Shown here in pieces: positions 10,785-20,693 of a DNA stretch of 64,000 nucleotides (within the stretch, counting starts at the first letter, position 1; each line of letters opens with the position of its first letter). Location: positions 2,256 through 66,255 of the forward strand of contig NZ_CAJXKH010000007.1 in the NCBI RefSeq assembly GCF_913055755.1, read 5' to 3'. Under the pieces are notes generated by a model that worked only from the letters and a program-made list of their open reading frames with translations, ran no database searches and had not been told where the DNA came from. This stretch comes from an uncultured Microbulbifer sp. GTDB taxonomy: Bacteria; Pseudomonadota; Gammaproteobacteria; Pseudomonadales; Cellvibrionaceae. The translations under genes and the position numbers were made by a program.

Positions 10785-11555
10785 ATGAGCAAGCGCAACA
10801 GTCGCCACAAAGTGACCTTCCCCAACAGCCGGGGGCAGATGCTCGCCGGTATCCTGGAAACCCCGGCGGCGGCACCCCGCGGGTTCGCCCTGTTTGCCCC
10901 CTGTTTTACCTGCGGCAAGGATGTACTGGCAGCGTCCCGCATCTGCCGGCGACTGGGCGAACTGGGCATCGCGGTGCTGCGCTTCGACTTCACCGGCCTC
11001 GGCGACAGCGAGGGGGATTTCAGCGAGACCAACTTCTCCAGTAATGTGGACGACCTGAAGTGCGCGGCGAGCTTTCTGAGGGACGAATACCAGCCTGCCG
11101 ACCTGCTGATCGGCCACAGCCTGGGTGGCGCCGCGGTACTGGCGGCTGCCGCGGATATTCCCGAGGCCAAAGCTATCGCCACCATCGCCGCCCCCGCAGA
11201 CCCGGAACACGTGCTGAAGCAGTTTGCCTGCTCCCTGGATACCATCGAGGAGCACGGCCGCGCAGAAGTACAGCTTTCCGGCCGCCCCTTTGTGATCCAG
11301 AAGCACTTCGTAGACGACGTGGTGGGTATACAGGAAGGTTATATCCAACAGCTCGGCCGCCCGCTGCTTATCTACCATTCACCGGTAGACCAGACCGTTT
11401 CCATTGATGAGGCCGCAGATATCTACAACCGCGCCATGCATCCGAAGAGTTTTATCAGCCTGGATGACGCGGACCACCTACTGACAAAACGGGAAGACGC
11501 CGTCTACGTAGCCGACACACTGGCGGCCTGGGCCGCGCCCTATCTCGGCAAATAA
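10785..11555 (+). CDS. Alpha/beta hydrolase of the OsmC-fused type (hydrolase domain only)
   Basis: FAPCFTCGKD, RFDFTGLG.SEG, GHSLGG, KSFISLDDADHLL; ATG at 10785. Confidence 0.88.
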   Translation: MSKRNSRHKVTFPNSRGQMLAGILETPAAAPRGFALFAPCFTCGKDVLAASRICRRLGELGIAVLRFDFTGLGDSEGDFSETNFSSNVDDLKCAASFLRDEYQPADLLIGHSLGGAAVLAAAADIPEAKAIATIAAPADPEHVLKQFACSLDTIEEHGRAEVQLSGRPFVIQKHFVDDVVGIQEGYIQQLGRPLLIYHSPVDQTVSIDEAADIYNRAMHPKSFISLDDADHLLTKREDAVYVADTLAAWAAPYLGK

Positions 11556-11572
11556 GCCACCGGAGACCCGCT

Positions 11573-11767
11573 ATGCATACCGTGGAGGAATTCACTGATC
11601 AGTGCCCCTACTGTGGGGAGACCATTTTGCTGTTGATCGATACATCCGCCGGCAGTCGCCACTATATCGAGGACTGTTCGGTGTGCTGCAAGCCGATTCA
11701 GGTACTGGTCAGTGTCGATATGGAAGGGCAGTGGCAGGTGCAGTTGAAACACGAAAACGACACCTGA
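11573..11767 (+). CDS. CPXCG-motif cysteine-rich protein
   Basis: CPYCGE...YIEDCSVCCKPI. Confidence 0.9.
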   Translation: MHTVEEFTDQCPYCGETILLLIDTSAGSRHYIEDCSVCCKPIQVLVSVDMEGQWQVQLKHENDT

Positions 11768-11991
11768 GATTTTTGCACAACGGCCCCAACTGCCTGAATC
11801 CCGGGCAATTATTCCCGATTTCGCACCACCAGCCGAAGGGTCCCTGCGTTCGCCCCCATTGCAGCCCTCAAGCGCGAGGGATATAAACAGGGGTCCAGCT
11901 CGCAAGAGCAGGATTGGCCCGCCGCGGAGATCCCGCAGTGCATGGCCGACTTCAATAGATCCGAGCCTAAAAACAACAAGGAATCACCGTT

Positions 11992-14826
11992 ATGGCAAAC
12001 AAACTCTGGCTGCCAGCGACCCTGGCCCTCGCCATCAGCGCCTGTGGCGACCCCTCCACCGGCGGCAACGCCAATGCGACCACTACCGCAGCGAAGCCCG
12101 CAGCCGAGGTCGGCGCGCCCGCCAGCGCGGCCCCGCAAGCACTGTCGATCGACTACGAAAAGTTCACCCTGCCCAACGGCCTGCGCGTGATTGTGCACGA
12201 GGACCGCAAGGCGCCGGTAGTTTCCGTGGGGGTCTGGTATCACGTGGGCTCCAAGGACGAAAAGCCCGGGCGCACCGGCTTTGCACACCTGTTCGAACAC
12301 CTGATGTTCAACGGCTCGGAAAACTTCGACGACGAATACTTCAAGCCGTTCGAGCAGGCCGGCGCTACCGGCATGAACGGTACCACCTGGCTGGACCGCA
12401 CCAACTATTTTGAAACCGTGCCCAGCAATGCACTGGATATGGCCCTGTGGATGGAGTCCGACCGCATGGGGCACCTGCTTGGCGTGATCACCCAGGAAAA
12501 GCTCGACGAGCAGCGCGGCGTGGTGCAGAACGAGAAACGTCAGGGCCAGAACCAGCCCTACGGCAAGGTCTGGGAAAAAATGCAGGCCTCTATTTTTCCC
12601 GCCGGACACCCCTACTCCTGGACCACTATCGGTTCCATGGAAGACCTGAATGCCGCCGCACTGAATGATGTGCACGAGTGGTTCAAAACCTACTACGGCG
12701 CCGCCAATACCGTACTGGTGCTGGCCGGTGATATCGATGTCGCCACCGCGAAAGAAAAAGCGAGCAAATATTTCGGCGATATTCCCGCGGGCCCGCCGCT
12801 GGCGAAAAAGGATTCCTGGATTGCCAAGCGCGACCAGTCCACCCGCGAGGCCATGTACGACCGCGTGGCCCAGTCGCGCCTGTACAAGGTCTTCAACACC
12901 CCCAACCTCGGCCACGAAGATGCGGAAGCCGTCGCCCTGGCCGCTTCGGTACTGGGAGATGGCAAGAACTCTCGCCTGTACAAGCGTCTGGTGTACCAGG
13001 ACCAGATTGCCACCAGCGTGAACGTGGCGCTGTATGAATTTGAACTGTCCTCCATCTTCCAGATCATTGCCGACGCCAAACCCGGTGTGGAACTGGCGCA
13101 AGTGGAAGCCGCAATCAATGAGGAGTTACAGAAATTCCTCGAGGAAGGCCCCACCACCGAAGAGCTGGCGCGGGTAAACATGAGTGAATACGCCTCCACT
13201 GCGCGCGATCTGGAACAGGTCGGCGGCTGGAGCGGCAAGGGTGTCATCCTGGCTCGCGGCGAGCTCTACCTGAACGATCCCAACGGTCTGCTGAAAAGCA
13301 TGGATGAAAAACAGCAGCTGAAACCGAGCCAGGTAAAAGTCGCGGCCAACCAGTGGCTCGCGAGCGGCGATCACAATCTGGAAGTCCACCCCTTCCCGGA
13401 ATACAAGACCGCCGAAGCCGGTGCCGACCGCAGCAAGCTGCCGGAACTGGGGGATTTCCCCTCGGTGCCCTTCCCCGAAATTCAGACCGCGGAAATGCCC
13501 AATGGCCTGAAAGTGGTACTGGCGGAACGCCACTCGGTACCGGTGGTAAACATGGAACTGAAATTCGATGCCGGCTATGCCGCCGACCAGGGCGCCAAAC
13601 TGGGCACCTCCAGTTACGCCATGTCGATGATGAAGGAAGGCACCTCGCACCTGAGCGCGCTGGAAATCAGTGCCAAAGAGGAAATGCTCGGCGCCCGTAT
13701 CGGAACCGGTGCCGACCTGGACTCTTCCAGCGTCTCCCTGAATGCACTGACCAGCAACCTGGATGACTCCATCAAACTGTTTGCCGACGTATTGCTGAAT
13801 CCGGCATTTTCCGATGAGGAAATCGAGCGCAAGCGCGGTCGCTGGATCGCAGGCATTCAGCAGGAAAAAACCAAGCCGGTACAGATGGCACTGCGCAACC
13901 TGCCGCCGCTACTGTACGGCGACGACCACGCCTACAGCATTCCGTTTACCGGCAGTGGTACCGAGGAGTCCATCGCCTCCCTGACCCGGGACGACCTGGT
14001 GAACTACCACCAGACCTGGCTGCGCCCGGATAACGCTACCCTGATTGTGGCCGGTGATATCACCATGCCGCAGCTGATGGAAAAGCTGGAACAGCACTTC
14101 GCCGACTGGCAGGCACCGCAGGCCGCAAAGCCGGTCAAGAACCTGGCCAAAGTGGCGCTGCCGGAGAAATCCAGTGTCTACCTGATCGACAAGCCCGACT
14201 CCGAACAGTCCATCATTATCGGCGGTCTGCTCGCCCCCTCGGAAAAAATTCCCGAGCGCGAAGCCCTGCATATGATGAATGACATTCTCGGCGGCACCTT
14301 CACCGCGCGTATCAACATGAACCTGCGGGAAGACAAGCACTGGGCTTACGGTGCCTACTCGTTCATGACCGGCGCCAAGGGCCAGCAGCCACTGCTGGTA
14401 TACGCTCCGGTACAGACCGACAAAACCGGCCCATCTCTGGCGGAGCTGCAGAAAGAGCTGCGGGCATACATCAACAGCAATCCCGCCAAGGCGGATGAGC
14501 TGCAGAAGCTGAAAGACAAGCGCATCAACGAGCTGCCAGGACGCTTTGAGACCATCGACGCCGTGGCCGGCGCCATGTCCGACCTGGTCACCTACGAGCG
14601 GCCGCTGGATTATATGGACGGCTACGCCCAGCAGGTGCGCGACATCAACCTGGACCAGGTGCACGCACTGGCGAAGTCCACCATCAAACCGGACCAGTTC
14701 GTGTGGGTAATCGTGGGCGACAAGCGAAAGATTGCCGGGGATATCGAGAAACTCGCGATCGGCACCATTACCGAGCTGGACGCCGACGGCAAGCCAGTGG
14801 CGGAGGGTGCCTCTAGCGGGCAGTAA
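11992..14826 (+). CDS. M16 (pitrilysin/PqqL-like) zinc protease, lipoprotein
   Basis: Lipobox ISAC; inverted zinc motif HLFEH; NLREDKHWAYG in the C-terminal half. Confidence 0.93.
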   Translation: MANKLWLPATLALAISACGDPSTGGNANATTTAAKPAAEVGAPASAAPQALSIDYEKFTLPNGLRVIVHEDRKAPVVSVGVWYHVGSKDEKPGRTGFAHLFEHLMFNGSENFDDEYFKPFEQAGATGMNGTTWLDRTNYFETVPSNALDMALWMESDRMGHLLGVITQEKLDEQRGVVQNEKRQGQNQPYGKVWEKMQASIFPAGHPYSWTTIGSMEDLNAAALNDVHEWFKTYYGAANTVLVLAGDIDVATAKEKASKYFGDIPAGPPLAKKDSWIAKRDQSTREAMYDRVAQSRLYKVFNTPNLGHEDAEAVALAASVLGDGKNSRLYKRLVYQDQIATSVNVALYEFELSSIFQIIADAKPGVELAQVEAAINEELQKFLEEGPTTEELARVNMSEYASTARDLEQVGGWSGKGVILARGELYLNDPNGLLKSMDEKQQLKPSQVKVAANQWLASGDHNLEVHPFPEYKTAEAGADRSKLPELGDFPSVPFPEIQTAEMPNGLKVVLAERHSVPVVNMELKFDAGYAADQGAKLGTSSYAMSMMKEGTSHLSALEISAKEEMLGARIGTGADLDSSSVSLNALTSNLDDSIKLFADVLLNPAFSDEEIERKRGRWIAGIQQEKTKPVQMALRNLPPLLYGDDHAYSIPFTGSGTEESIASLTRDDLVNYHQTWLRPDNATLIVAGDITMPQLMEKLEQHFADWQAPQAAKPVKNLAKVALPEKSSVYLIDKPDSEQSIIIGGLLAPSEKIPEREALHMMNDILGGTFTARINMNLREDKHWAYGAYSFMTGAKGQQPLLVYAPVQTDKTGPSLAELQKELRAYINSNPAKADELQKLKDKRINELPGRFETIDAVAGAMSDLVTYERPLDYMDGYAQQVRDINLDQVHALAKSTIKPDQFVWVIVGDKRKIAGDIEKLAIGTITELDADGKPVAEGASSGQ

Positions 14827-14855
14827 TCCCACCGCTCAATAGACGGGTACAGCGG

Positions 14856-14907
14856 GCGCCGCGGCGCGGAAAACTGCAACAGGTTTCCGCGTCGCGGCGC
14901 TTTTTTA
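14856..14907 (+). terminator. Intrinsic terminator after the M16 protease
   Basis: GCGCCGCGGCGCGGAAA...TTTCCGCGTCGCGGCGC followed by TTTTTT. Confidence 0.7.
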
Positions 14908-15250
14908 TTGGAACACGTTCCTGTGTCGTCCTTGCGCAAACAGCGCTGTGGCGCACAAATCTACCCACCCCTCACAACAGGCACGGTCGTACCAGAAATT
15001 ACAGTTGCATCAATAATCCTGACGAACTCCACCACCACCCCCTCCAGCACTTTGTCGCGCCATCCATCTTGCAAAACAGTTTTTGCACACCAATACGCAC
15101 TACTTGCAGCGCGCAATTGGTACGCCGTGAAAAGCTGCTAGATTTTCCCCACCGGCTGTACGCCTGTACTCATTGTGGACAGGCTGCCGCCAACAATAAC
15201 TACACACTCAACAATAAGAAGTACCAGCCCAAACTGGAGCAATAAAAGAG

Positions 15251-16825
15251 ATGAATAAAAGACTTCCAATCCTGCTCGCCAGCACCCTGGCCCTGGCCAT
15301 TTCCACCCAGGCCAGCGCCGCCGACGATCGCTACATCATCAAATTCAAGGAGGGCAAAGGCCCCGCGGTAAAAGCGATGATGGAAAACAATGGCGGCCGC
15401 TCGGCACTGGCGCTGGAAAAGCGCAACGCCATGGCAGCCAACCTGCCGGCCAAAGCGCTTAACGCCCTGCGCAACAACCCCAATGTGGATTACGTGGAGC
15501 AGGACGTTAAACGCTACCCGATGGCCGAGACCGTCCCCTTCGGTATCCCCATGGTACAGGCGGACCAGGTCATTGATGCCATGGCCGGCAACCAGACCGT
15601 ATGTATCATCGACTCCGGTTACGATATCGCCCACGAGGACCTGTCCGGCAACAACGTTACCGGTAGCTTCGATTCCGGTACCGGCAACTGGTACACCGAT
15701 GAAAACCACCACGGCACCCATGTGGCCGGCACTATCGCCGCCATCAGTAACGGGGTGGGCGTGGTTGGTGTGAATCCCAACGGCAACCTCAAGCTGCATA
15801 TCGTCAAGGTGTTCGGCGCGGACGGCTGGGCCTACTCCTCTTCACTGGTCGCCGCGGCCGACGAGTGCGCCAGCAACGGGGCCAGCGTGATCAATATGAG
15901 CCTTGGCGGCACCTTCAAGTCCCGCACCGAGGACCAGGCGTTTGCCGACCTCTATGCCAACCAGAACATCCTCTCCATCGCAGCGGCCGGTAACGACGGC
16001 AACACCCGTCACTCCTATCCCGCCTCCTACGACTCCGTGGTGTCTGTTGCCGCCATCGACAGCAACAAGGTTGTGGCCGACTTTTCCCAGCAAACTGATC
16101 AGGTCGAGCTTTCTGGCCCGGGGGTAGATGTACTGTCTTCCGTGCCCGTGGGCGCGGGCCTCTCCACCACCCTCACTGTAGGTGGCAACGCCATCGAGGC
16201 GAGCGGAATGGAGGACAGCCCGATGGGTACCGGTTCCGGCGCGCTTGTGGATTGTGGACTGGGGGAATCCACCTGTGCCGATGCCACCGGCAAGGTGTGC
16301 CTGATTTCCCGCGGCAATATCAGCTTTGCGGAAAAGGTACAGGCCTGTGAAGCGGGCGGCGGTGTAGCCGCGGTGGTCTACAACAACGAACCCGGCATGC
16401 TGTTCGGCACAATGGGGGGCGTTGCAACCGGCATCCCGTCCGCCGGTATTTCCGATACCGATGGCGCGGCCCTGCTTGGCCAACTGGGCGCCAGCACCAC
16501 GCTTGCGATCGAGGCCAGCGACTACGCCTACTACAACGGCACCTCCATGGCCACGCCGCATGTTGCCGGGGTAACCGCGCTGGTATGGAGCCACTTCCCC
16601 AGCTGTACCGCCAGCGAAATCCGCGCGGCCCTGGACAACACCGCAGAAGACCTGGGCGCGGCGGGCCGCGACAATGCTTACGGCTACGGCCTGGTCCAGG
16701 CCAAAGATGCGGTGGACTACCTCACAGCCAATGGCTGCGGCGGTAGCTCCGGCGGCAGCAGCTCCGGCGGCAGTAGCGGTGGCGGCAGCGGCAAGCCCTG
16801 CAAAGGTAAAAACTGCACAAAGTGA
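15251..16825 (+). CDS. Secreted S8 subtilisin-like serine protease with propeptide and PA domain
   Basis: Signal peptide; triad motifs IIDSG, HGTHVAG, GTSMATPHVAG; PA insert (LISRGNISFAEKV...VYNN); Gly/Ser tail. Confidence 0.95.
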   Translation: MNKRLPILLASTLALAISTQASAADDRYIIKFKEGKGPAVKAMMENNGGRSALALEKRNAMAANLPAKALNALRNNPNVDYVEQDVKRYPMAETVPFGIPMVQADQVIDAMAGNQTVCIIDSGYDIAHEDLSGNNVTGSFDSGTGNWYTDENHHGTHVAGTIAAISNGVGVVGVNPNGNLKLHIVKVFGADGWAYSSSLVAAADECASNGASVINMSLGGTFKSRTEDQAFADLYANQNILSIAAAGNDGNTRHSYPASYDSVVSVAAIDSNKVVADFSQQTDQVELSGPGVDVLSSVPVGAGLSTTLTVGGNAIEASGMEDSPMGTGSGALVDCGLGESTCADATGKVCLISRGNISFAEKVQACEAGGGVAAVVYNNEPGMLFGTMGGVATGIPSAGISDTDGAALLGQLGASTTLAIEASDYAYYNGTSMATPHVAGVTALVWSHFPSCTASEIRAALDNTAEDLGAAGRDNAYGYGLVQAKDAVDYLTANGCGGSSGGSSSGGSSGGGSGKPCKGKNCTK

Positions 16826-16850
16826 TCACTTTCCACGCAAAAACCTACTG

Positions 16851-16879
16851 AAAAGGGGGGGGCTTATGGCCCCCTTTTT
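16851..16879 (+). terminator. Intrinsic terminator
   Basis: AAAAGGGGGGGGC-TTATG-GCCCCCTTTTT. Confidence 0.6.
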
Positions 16880-16998
16880 CTTCCCTCCGTCCCGGAAATT
16901 GATTTAAATCAATTTTGCCCTGCCCGCCATCAGTAGAATCCGCCGTCACCTGCGTTCTATGCCACGCAGTGACAACGATAGCTTGGGGAGTACAGGCA

Positions 16999-17397
16999 AT
17001 GGGAAATGCCGACAGCGATATCGTGTTTCAGAGTTACGGCCGCTGCTGCAACAATGAAAGCTTTTTTATCGACTTCTACGACCGATTTATGGGCAGCTCC
17101 GAGGAAATCCGGAACCTGTTCAAGGACACGGACATGCCCGCACAGCGCCACCTGCTGCGCAACGGCATCATGCAACTGGTACTGCATTCCCGCGGCATGC
17201 CGGATACCAAGCTGAGGGCACTGGGGGAAAGTCACTCCCGCAATGGCTACGGTATTCGCCCCGACTGGTACGGACTGTGGCTGGACGCCCTGCTGGCGAC
17301 CCTGCGCCACTACGATCCGGAATTTGATGAAGAGACCGCGCTCGCGTGGCGCCGGGCCATCGAGCCCGGTATCGAGCTGATACGCGGTGCCTACTGA
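16999..17397 (+). CDS. Single-domain globin
   Basis: SYGRC, FYDRFM, FKDTDM..Q, LGESHSR, W..ALL..L globin pattern; GGGGAG RBS. Confidence 0.88.
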   Translation: MGNADSDIVFQSYGRCCNNESFFIDFYDRFMGSSEEIRNLFKDTDMPAQRHLLRNGIMQLVLHSRGMPDTKLRALGESHSRNGYGIRPDWYGLWLDALLATLRHYDPEFDEETALAWRRAIEPGIELIRGAY

Positions 17398-17439
17398 CCG
17401 GCGTAAAGGCACTCGCCGCGAATAGAACTCGCTGCAAAT

Positions 17440-17475
17440 AAAAAGGGCTTGCCGGTAACCCGGCAAGCCCTTTTT
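17440..17475. terminator. Bidirectional terminator between convergent genes
   Basis: AAAAAGGGCTTGCCGG-TAAC-CCGGCAAGCCCTTTTT. Confidence 0.85.
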
Positions 17476-17491
17476 ATTCGTCAATTATTGA

Positions 17492-17875
17492 TTACTGCTG
17501 CAGGTCAGTAATACAACGGTTGTACTCCTGAATATAAACCTCACTGCCCCTGTTGGGTACAGCATTAGATTTATCCGCAGCGGCGTTACGACAACCTTCA
17601 ATCTGGTCACCGGTCAGGTTAGTCGCAGGCACAGTCTGGCTGCGCTGAGACATGTGTGCTGCCCGGTCACGATGGGCCTGCACGGTAGGTTGCGGAACCT
17701 GATAGAACTGGCCGGTTTCCTCGTTGAACTGATAAAAGTTATCGCCACTGTGCCAATAGGTCTTACCCATGATCTGAACCGTTTCGGCACCCGGAGGCAG
17801 TTGCTGCAGGGTATCACCTGCCAGGGCAACGCCAGACATGGATAACAGCAGTATTAATGAAGCCAAGTAACGCAT
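17492..17875 (-). CDS. Hypothetical secreted protein
   Basis: Signal peptide, GAGGAGG RBS, one Cys pair in the C-terminal region. Confidence 0.7.
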   Translation of the reverse strand: MRYLASLILLLSMSGVALAGDTLQQLPPGAETVQIMGKTYWHSGDNFYQFNEETGQFYQVPQPTVQAHRDRAAHMSQRSQTVPATNLTGDQIEGCRNAAADKSNAVPNRGSEVYIQEYNRCITDLQQ

Positions 17876-18074
17876 AGGAGTTCCTCCTCTTCAGATGTGC
17901 CACGAAGTCTATTCAGAGAGAAGTTGGCTCCCAACTGCATATTTCAGAAAATTTTTTCGGGTAAAAGTGGATGTCAATATTGCGTTTTTCCCACCCGTAC
18001 ATTGCGAAGATAAATGCCAGAAAACCGACAGGAAAAACTCATTTAAGACCACCTTAACCAGCATCCAGGGGAAA

Positions 18075-18494
18075 TTATTCCTCCCCCAATAATGCCTGCT
18101 GATCCGATTTCTGGGCTTCGCGCAACTCTTGCAGGTGCTCGCTGCTTTCCTCTGCACTCTCCCGCGCCGGCGCCAGGTTCTGGACTTCACCACTCTCTCC
18201 GGTTAACGCGCGCTCGGTTGCCTCCTGCTCGTCACTGTAGTCCGGCGCCAGTACCAGCTTCGGGCCATTGCTGTTGAAACCGATCAGCACCCAGATAAAA
18301 AACAGCAGGCACAGAAAGCGGATCACCAGCGTGCGATCCAGCAACCAGTGCAATCCCTCACCGTGACTGCGCAGAAAGCGTACCCGCAGAAAAATATTCA
18401 CAAACAGCAGCACACAGGCAGCCATGACCACCCAGGTGGAGAGACCGCCGAGAGCGGTCATCAGCCAGTTGGCAATCTGAGAATTGAACTCCAT
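18075..18494 (-). CDS. Hypothetical membrane protein (2 TM plus acidic tail), downstream of the SPFH gene
   Basis: Two hydrophobic segments; GGGGAGA RBS directly after the SPFH stop. Confidence 0.7.
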   Translation of the reverse strand: MEFNSQIANWLMTALGGLSTWVVMAACVLLFVNIFLRVRFLRSHGEGLHWLLDRTLVIRFLCLLFFIWVLIGFNSNGPKLVLAPDYSDEQEATERALTGESGEVQNLAPARESAEESSEHLQELREAQKSDQQALLGEE

Positions 18495-18514
18495 CAATCG
18501 GTCTCCCCTGTTGA

Positions 18515-19408
18515 TCAACGCTTGCGTGCAACCTGCTTCATCTGGTCGCTGAACACCGCCTGCTGCAGGCCGATGGTACCCAGTGCCTCCACCGGCACAA
18601 ACACCTTGTTCTCGGACTCGGCCATACGGTCTAGCACTTCCAGGGTGCGATAGGCGAGGTACTTGTCGGTAACGGACTTCGCCAGCAGGTCATTCACCTC
18701 TTTCTGTCCCATGGCCTTTTCCCGGGCGATGGCGCGGTTCATTTTTTCCCGCTCCAGGTCGCGTTCCATCTGGATCTTCTGGATTTCGAACTGCGCCTTT
18801 TCCTGCTCGATCAGCTCGCGGCGCTCGGCAGCGCGCTCCTTGGCCTCGGTAATCACTTTCGGGAACTGCACATCCGCAATACCCAGGCGCTTGATCTTGA
18901 TCGGGGTTCCATCCAGGGAGGTGGTCACCGCCGCGAACAGTTCCTGGCTCAGCATCTCGCGGCTGGAGGCAATTTCATTGATGGAGTACTTGGCGATTAC
19001 CCGGCGTACCACATCGCGAATCACCGGCTGCGCATAGGTGTTGTACACCTGGCTCACCGAGATATTGTTCTGGGTCGGCGGCACCTTGTCGAAAATATTG
19101 TCGATGTACTTGTCGTTCACGGTACCGGTCATGCGGATATCAAAACTCATATTGAGCTGGTCCTTGGGCATGAACAGTTTGAACTTTTCCAGGTGGCCAA
19201 AATCCGCGGTGGCCAGGGTCACCAGCTTGTCGCAGTAAAACAGGCAGGGATCCAGACGGAATTTGGACGGTGGTACCGTATTCGGCTTGTAGCCATTCTT
19301 GGTCAGTATCTTGCCCACATGTGCCGGCGGCACTTCCACGCGATCACCACAGGCAACCAGGCCCATAACGGCGGCCACCACCAGCAGCTTTGACAATTTA
19401 GACAGCAT
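18515..19408 (-). CDS. SPFH/band-7 domain lipoprotein
   Basis: Lipobox LVAC; VEVPPAHVG, DVQFPKVIT, C-terminal coiled coil. Confidence 0.85.
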   Translation of the reverse strand: MLSKLSKLLVVAAVMGLVACGDRVEVPPAHVGKILTKNGYKPNTVPPSKFRLDPCLFYCDKLVTLATADFGHLEKFKLFMPKDQLNMSFDIRMTGTVNDKYIDNIFDKVPPTQNNISVSQVYNTYAQPVIRDVVRRVIAKYSINEIASSREMLSQELFAAVTTSLDGTPIKIKRLGIADVQFPKVITEAKERAAERRELIEQEKAQFEIQKIQMERDLEREKMNRAIAREKAMGQKEVNDLLAKSVTDKYLAYRTLEVLDRMAESENKVFVPVEALGTIGLQQAVFSDQMKQVARKR

Positions 19409-19539
19409 CAGACTTCCCTTCTCGGTCGAAAAACAGCGGTTACCTTAGGGAGACATTCCCCGGGAGACAAGTGGCAGGGGGAAAATCGCCGTCTGCTGTG
19501 CTCTAATTGCACCCTCTCGAATAACAATGGACTGCTAAC

Positions 19540-19770
19540 GTGCAATCGGAATTCCTTACTGCAACGCTGTTTAATCTCGGCCTCAACCTTCTGTATACGC
19601 TGCTCGCACTGCTGATTGGCATGCTCGCGCTGATCTTGATCGACAAGAAGCTGCTCAAGCACGTCAACATCGAGGAAGAACTGAAAAACGGCAATATTGC
19701 CGTGGCTATTTTTGCCTCCACCATCCTGGTGTTTGTGGCCCTGATCATTTCCTTCGGGCTCAAGGGCTGA
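19540..19770 (+). CDS. DUF350 (YjfL-like) membrane protein
   Basis: IEEELKNGNIAVAIF signature between two TM helices. Confidence 0.88.
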   Translation: MQSEFLTATLFNLGLNLLYTLLALLIGMLALILIDKKLLKHVNIEEELKNGNIAVAIFASTILVFVALIISFGLKG

Positions 19771-19780
19771 GGGCTTCCCC

Positions 19781-20590
19781 ATGCGCATCCTGCTCGCCGG
19801 TATCCTGCTCGGGGTCTTGTTGACGCTACCGGAGCTGTTACAGCAGCATAAACAGGCGCGTGTTGAAAACGCCCTGGCGGTGCAACAGCGCATGGCTGCC
19901 GCCGCGACAGAGCAGGCCCTAAAAGACAACCAGCGGGGTAGCGTGGTGGTGAACGGCAGCGGCGCCCCGCTGACGGAATCCATGGTGCAGCGGGCTGTGG
20001 GCAAGCGCACAGTGGAAGAAAGCGGTTATATCTCGGTGTGGAACTGGCAGGGTATCGAGAATGTTACCGCCTCCGCCCGCGGGCTCGACCAGTTGCATCA
20101 CTTCGCCAACAGCTACCTGGTGGGCTTCCAGCCGTTCGAAACCGAGTCCCTGTGGGTGCCGCTCTATACCCTGGCCATTCGCAAGGAATACCAGTACGAC
20201 CACCTGCAGTATGCCGGTCTCGCCGATATCTGGCAGACCTCGCGCCAGGCCTATTTCCAGAAGCGCGGCGACTGTGAAGACCACGCGATCCTGCTGGCCG
20301 ACTGGCTGATCAACCTGGGAGTCGATGCGCGGGTAGCCCTCGGCACCCACAAGGGCCAGGGGCACGCCTGGGTAGTGGCGATTGTGGACGACACCGAATA
20401 CCTGCTGGAAGCCACCAGTAAACGCCGCCAGTCCAGCTGGCAGGCAATGCCGCTGGCTGCACTGGCGGAAGGCTACGAGGTAGAGTTCCAGTTCAACCGC
20501 GACTACTTCTGGGCCAAGACCACCTCCGCCCCCACACGCACCTATCGCGGCAACCACTGGATACGCAAATCCCAGTTTATACGCGGCTAA
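19781..20590 (+). CDS. Transglutaminase-like (papain-fold) cysteine protease domain protein
   Basis: GDCEDHA (Cys), GHAWV (His), LLEAT (acidic residue); N-terminal signal or anchor. Confidence 0.85.
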   Translation: MRILLAGILLGVLLTLPELLQQHKQARVENALAVQQRMAAAATEQALKDNQRGSVVVNGSGAPLTESMVQRAVGKRTVEESGYISVWNWQGIENVTASARGLDQLHHFANSYLVGFQPFETESLWVPLYTLAIRKEYQYDHLQYAGLADIWQTSRQAYFQKRGDCEDHAILLADWLINLGVDARVALGTHKGQGHAWVVAIVDDTEYLLEATSKRRQSSWQAMPLAALAEGYEVEFQFNRDYFWAKTTSAPTRTYRGNHWIRKSQFIRG

Positions 20591-20637
20591 CCTTCCCAAT
20601 TCAGGCCTCGACGGCACCCGGTTTCGCAAATCCGCAT

Positions 20638-20674
20638 AAAAAAATGCCGGGCAGCTGACTGCCCGGCATTTTTT
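20638..20674. terminator. Bidirectional terminator
   Basis: AAAAAAATGCCGGGCAG-CTGA-CTGCCCGGCATTTTTT. Confidence 0.85.
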
Positions 20675-20693
20675 ATATGTTTGAAAATCCGTC

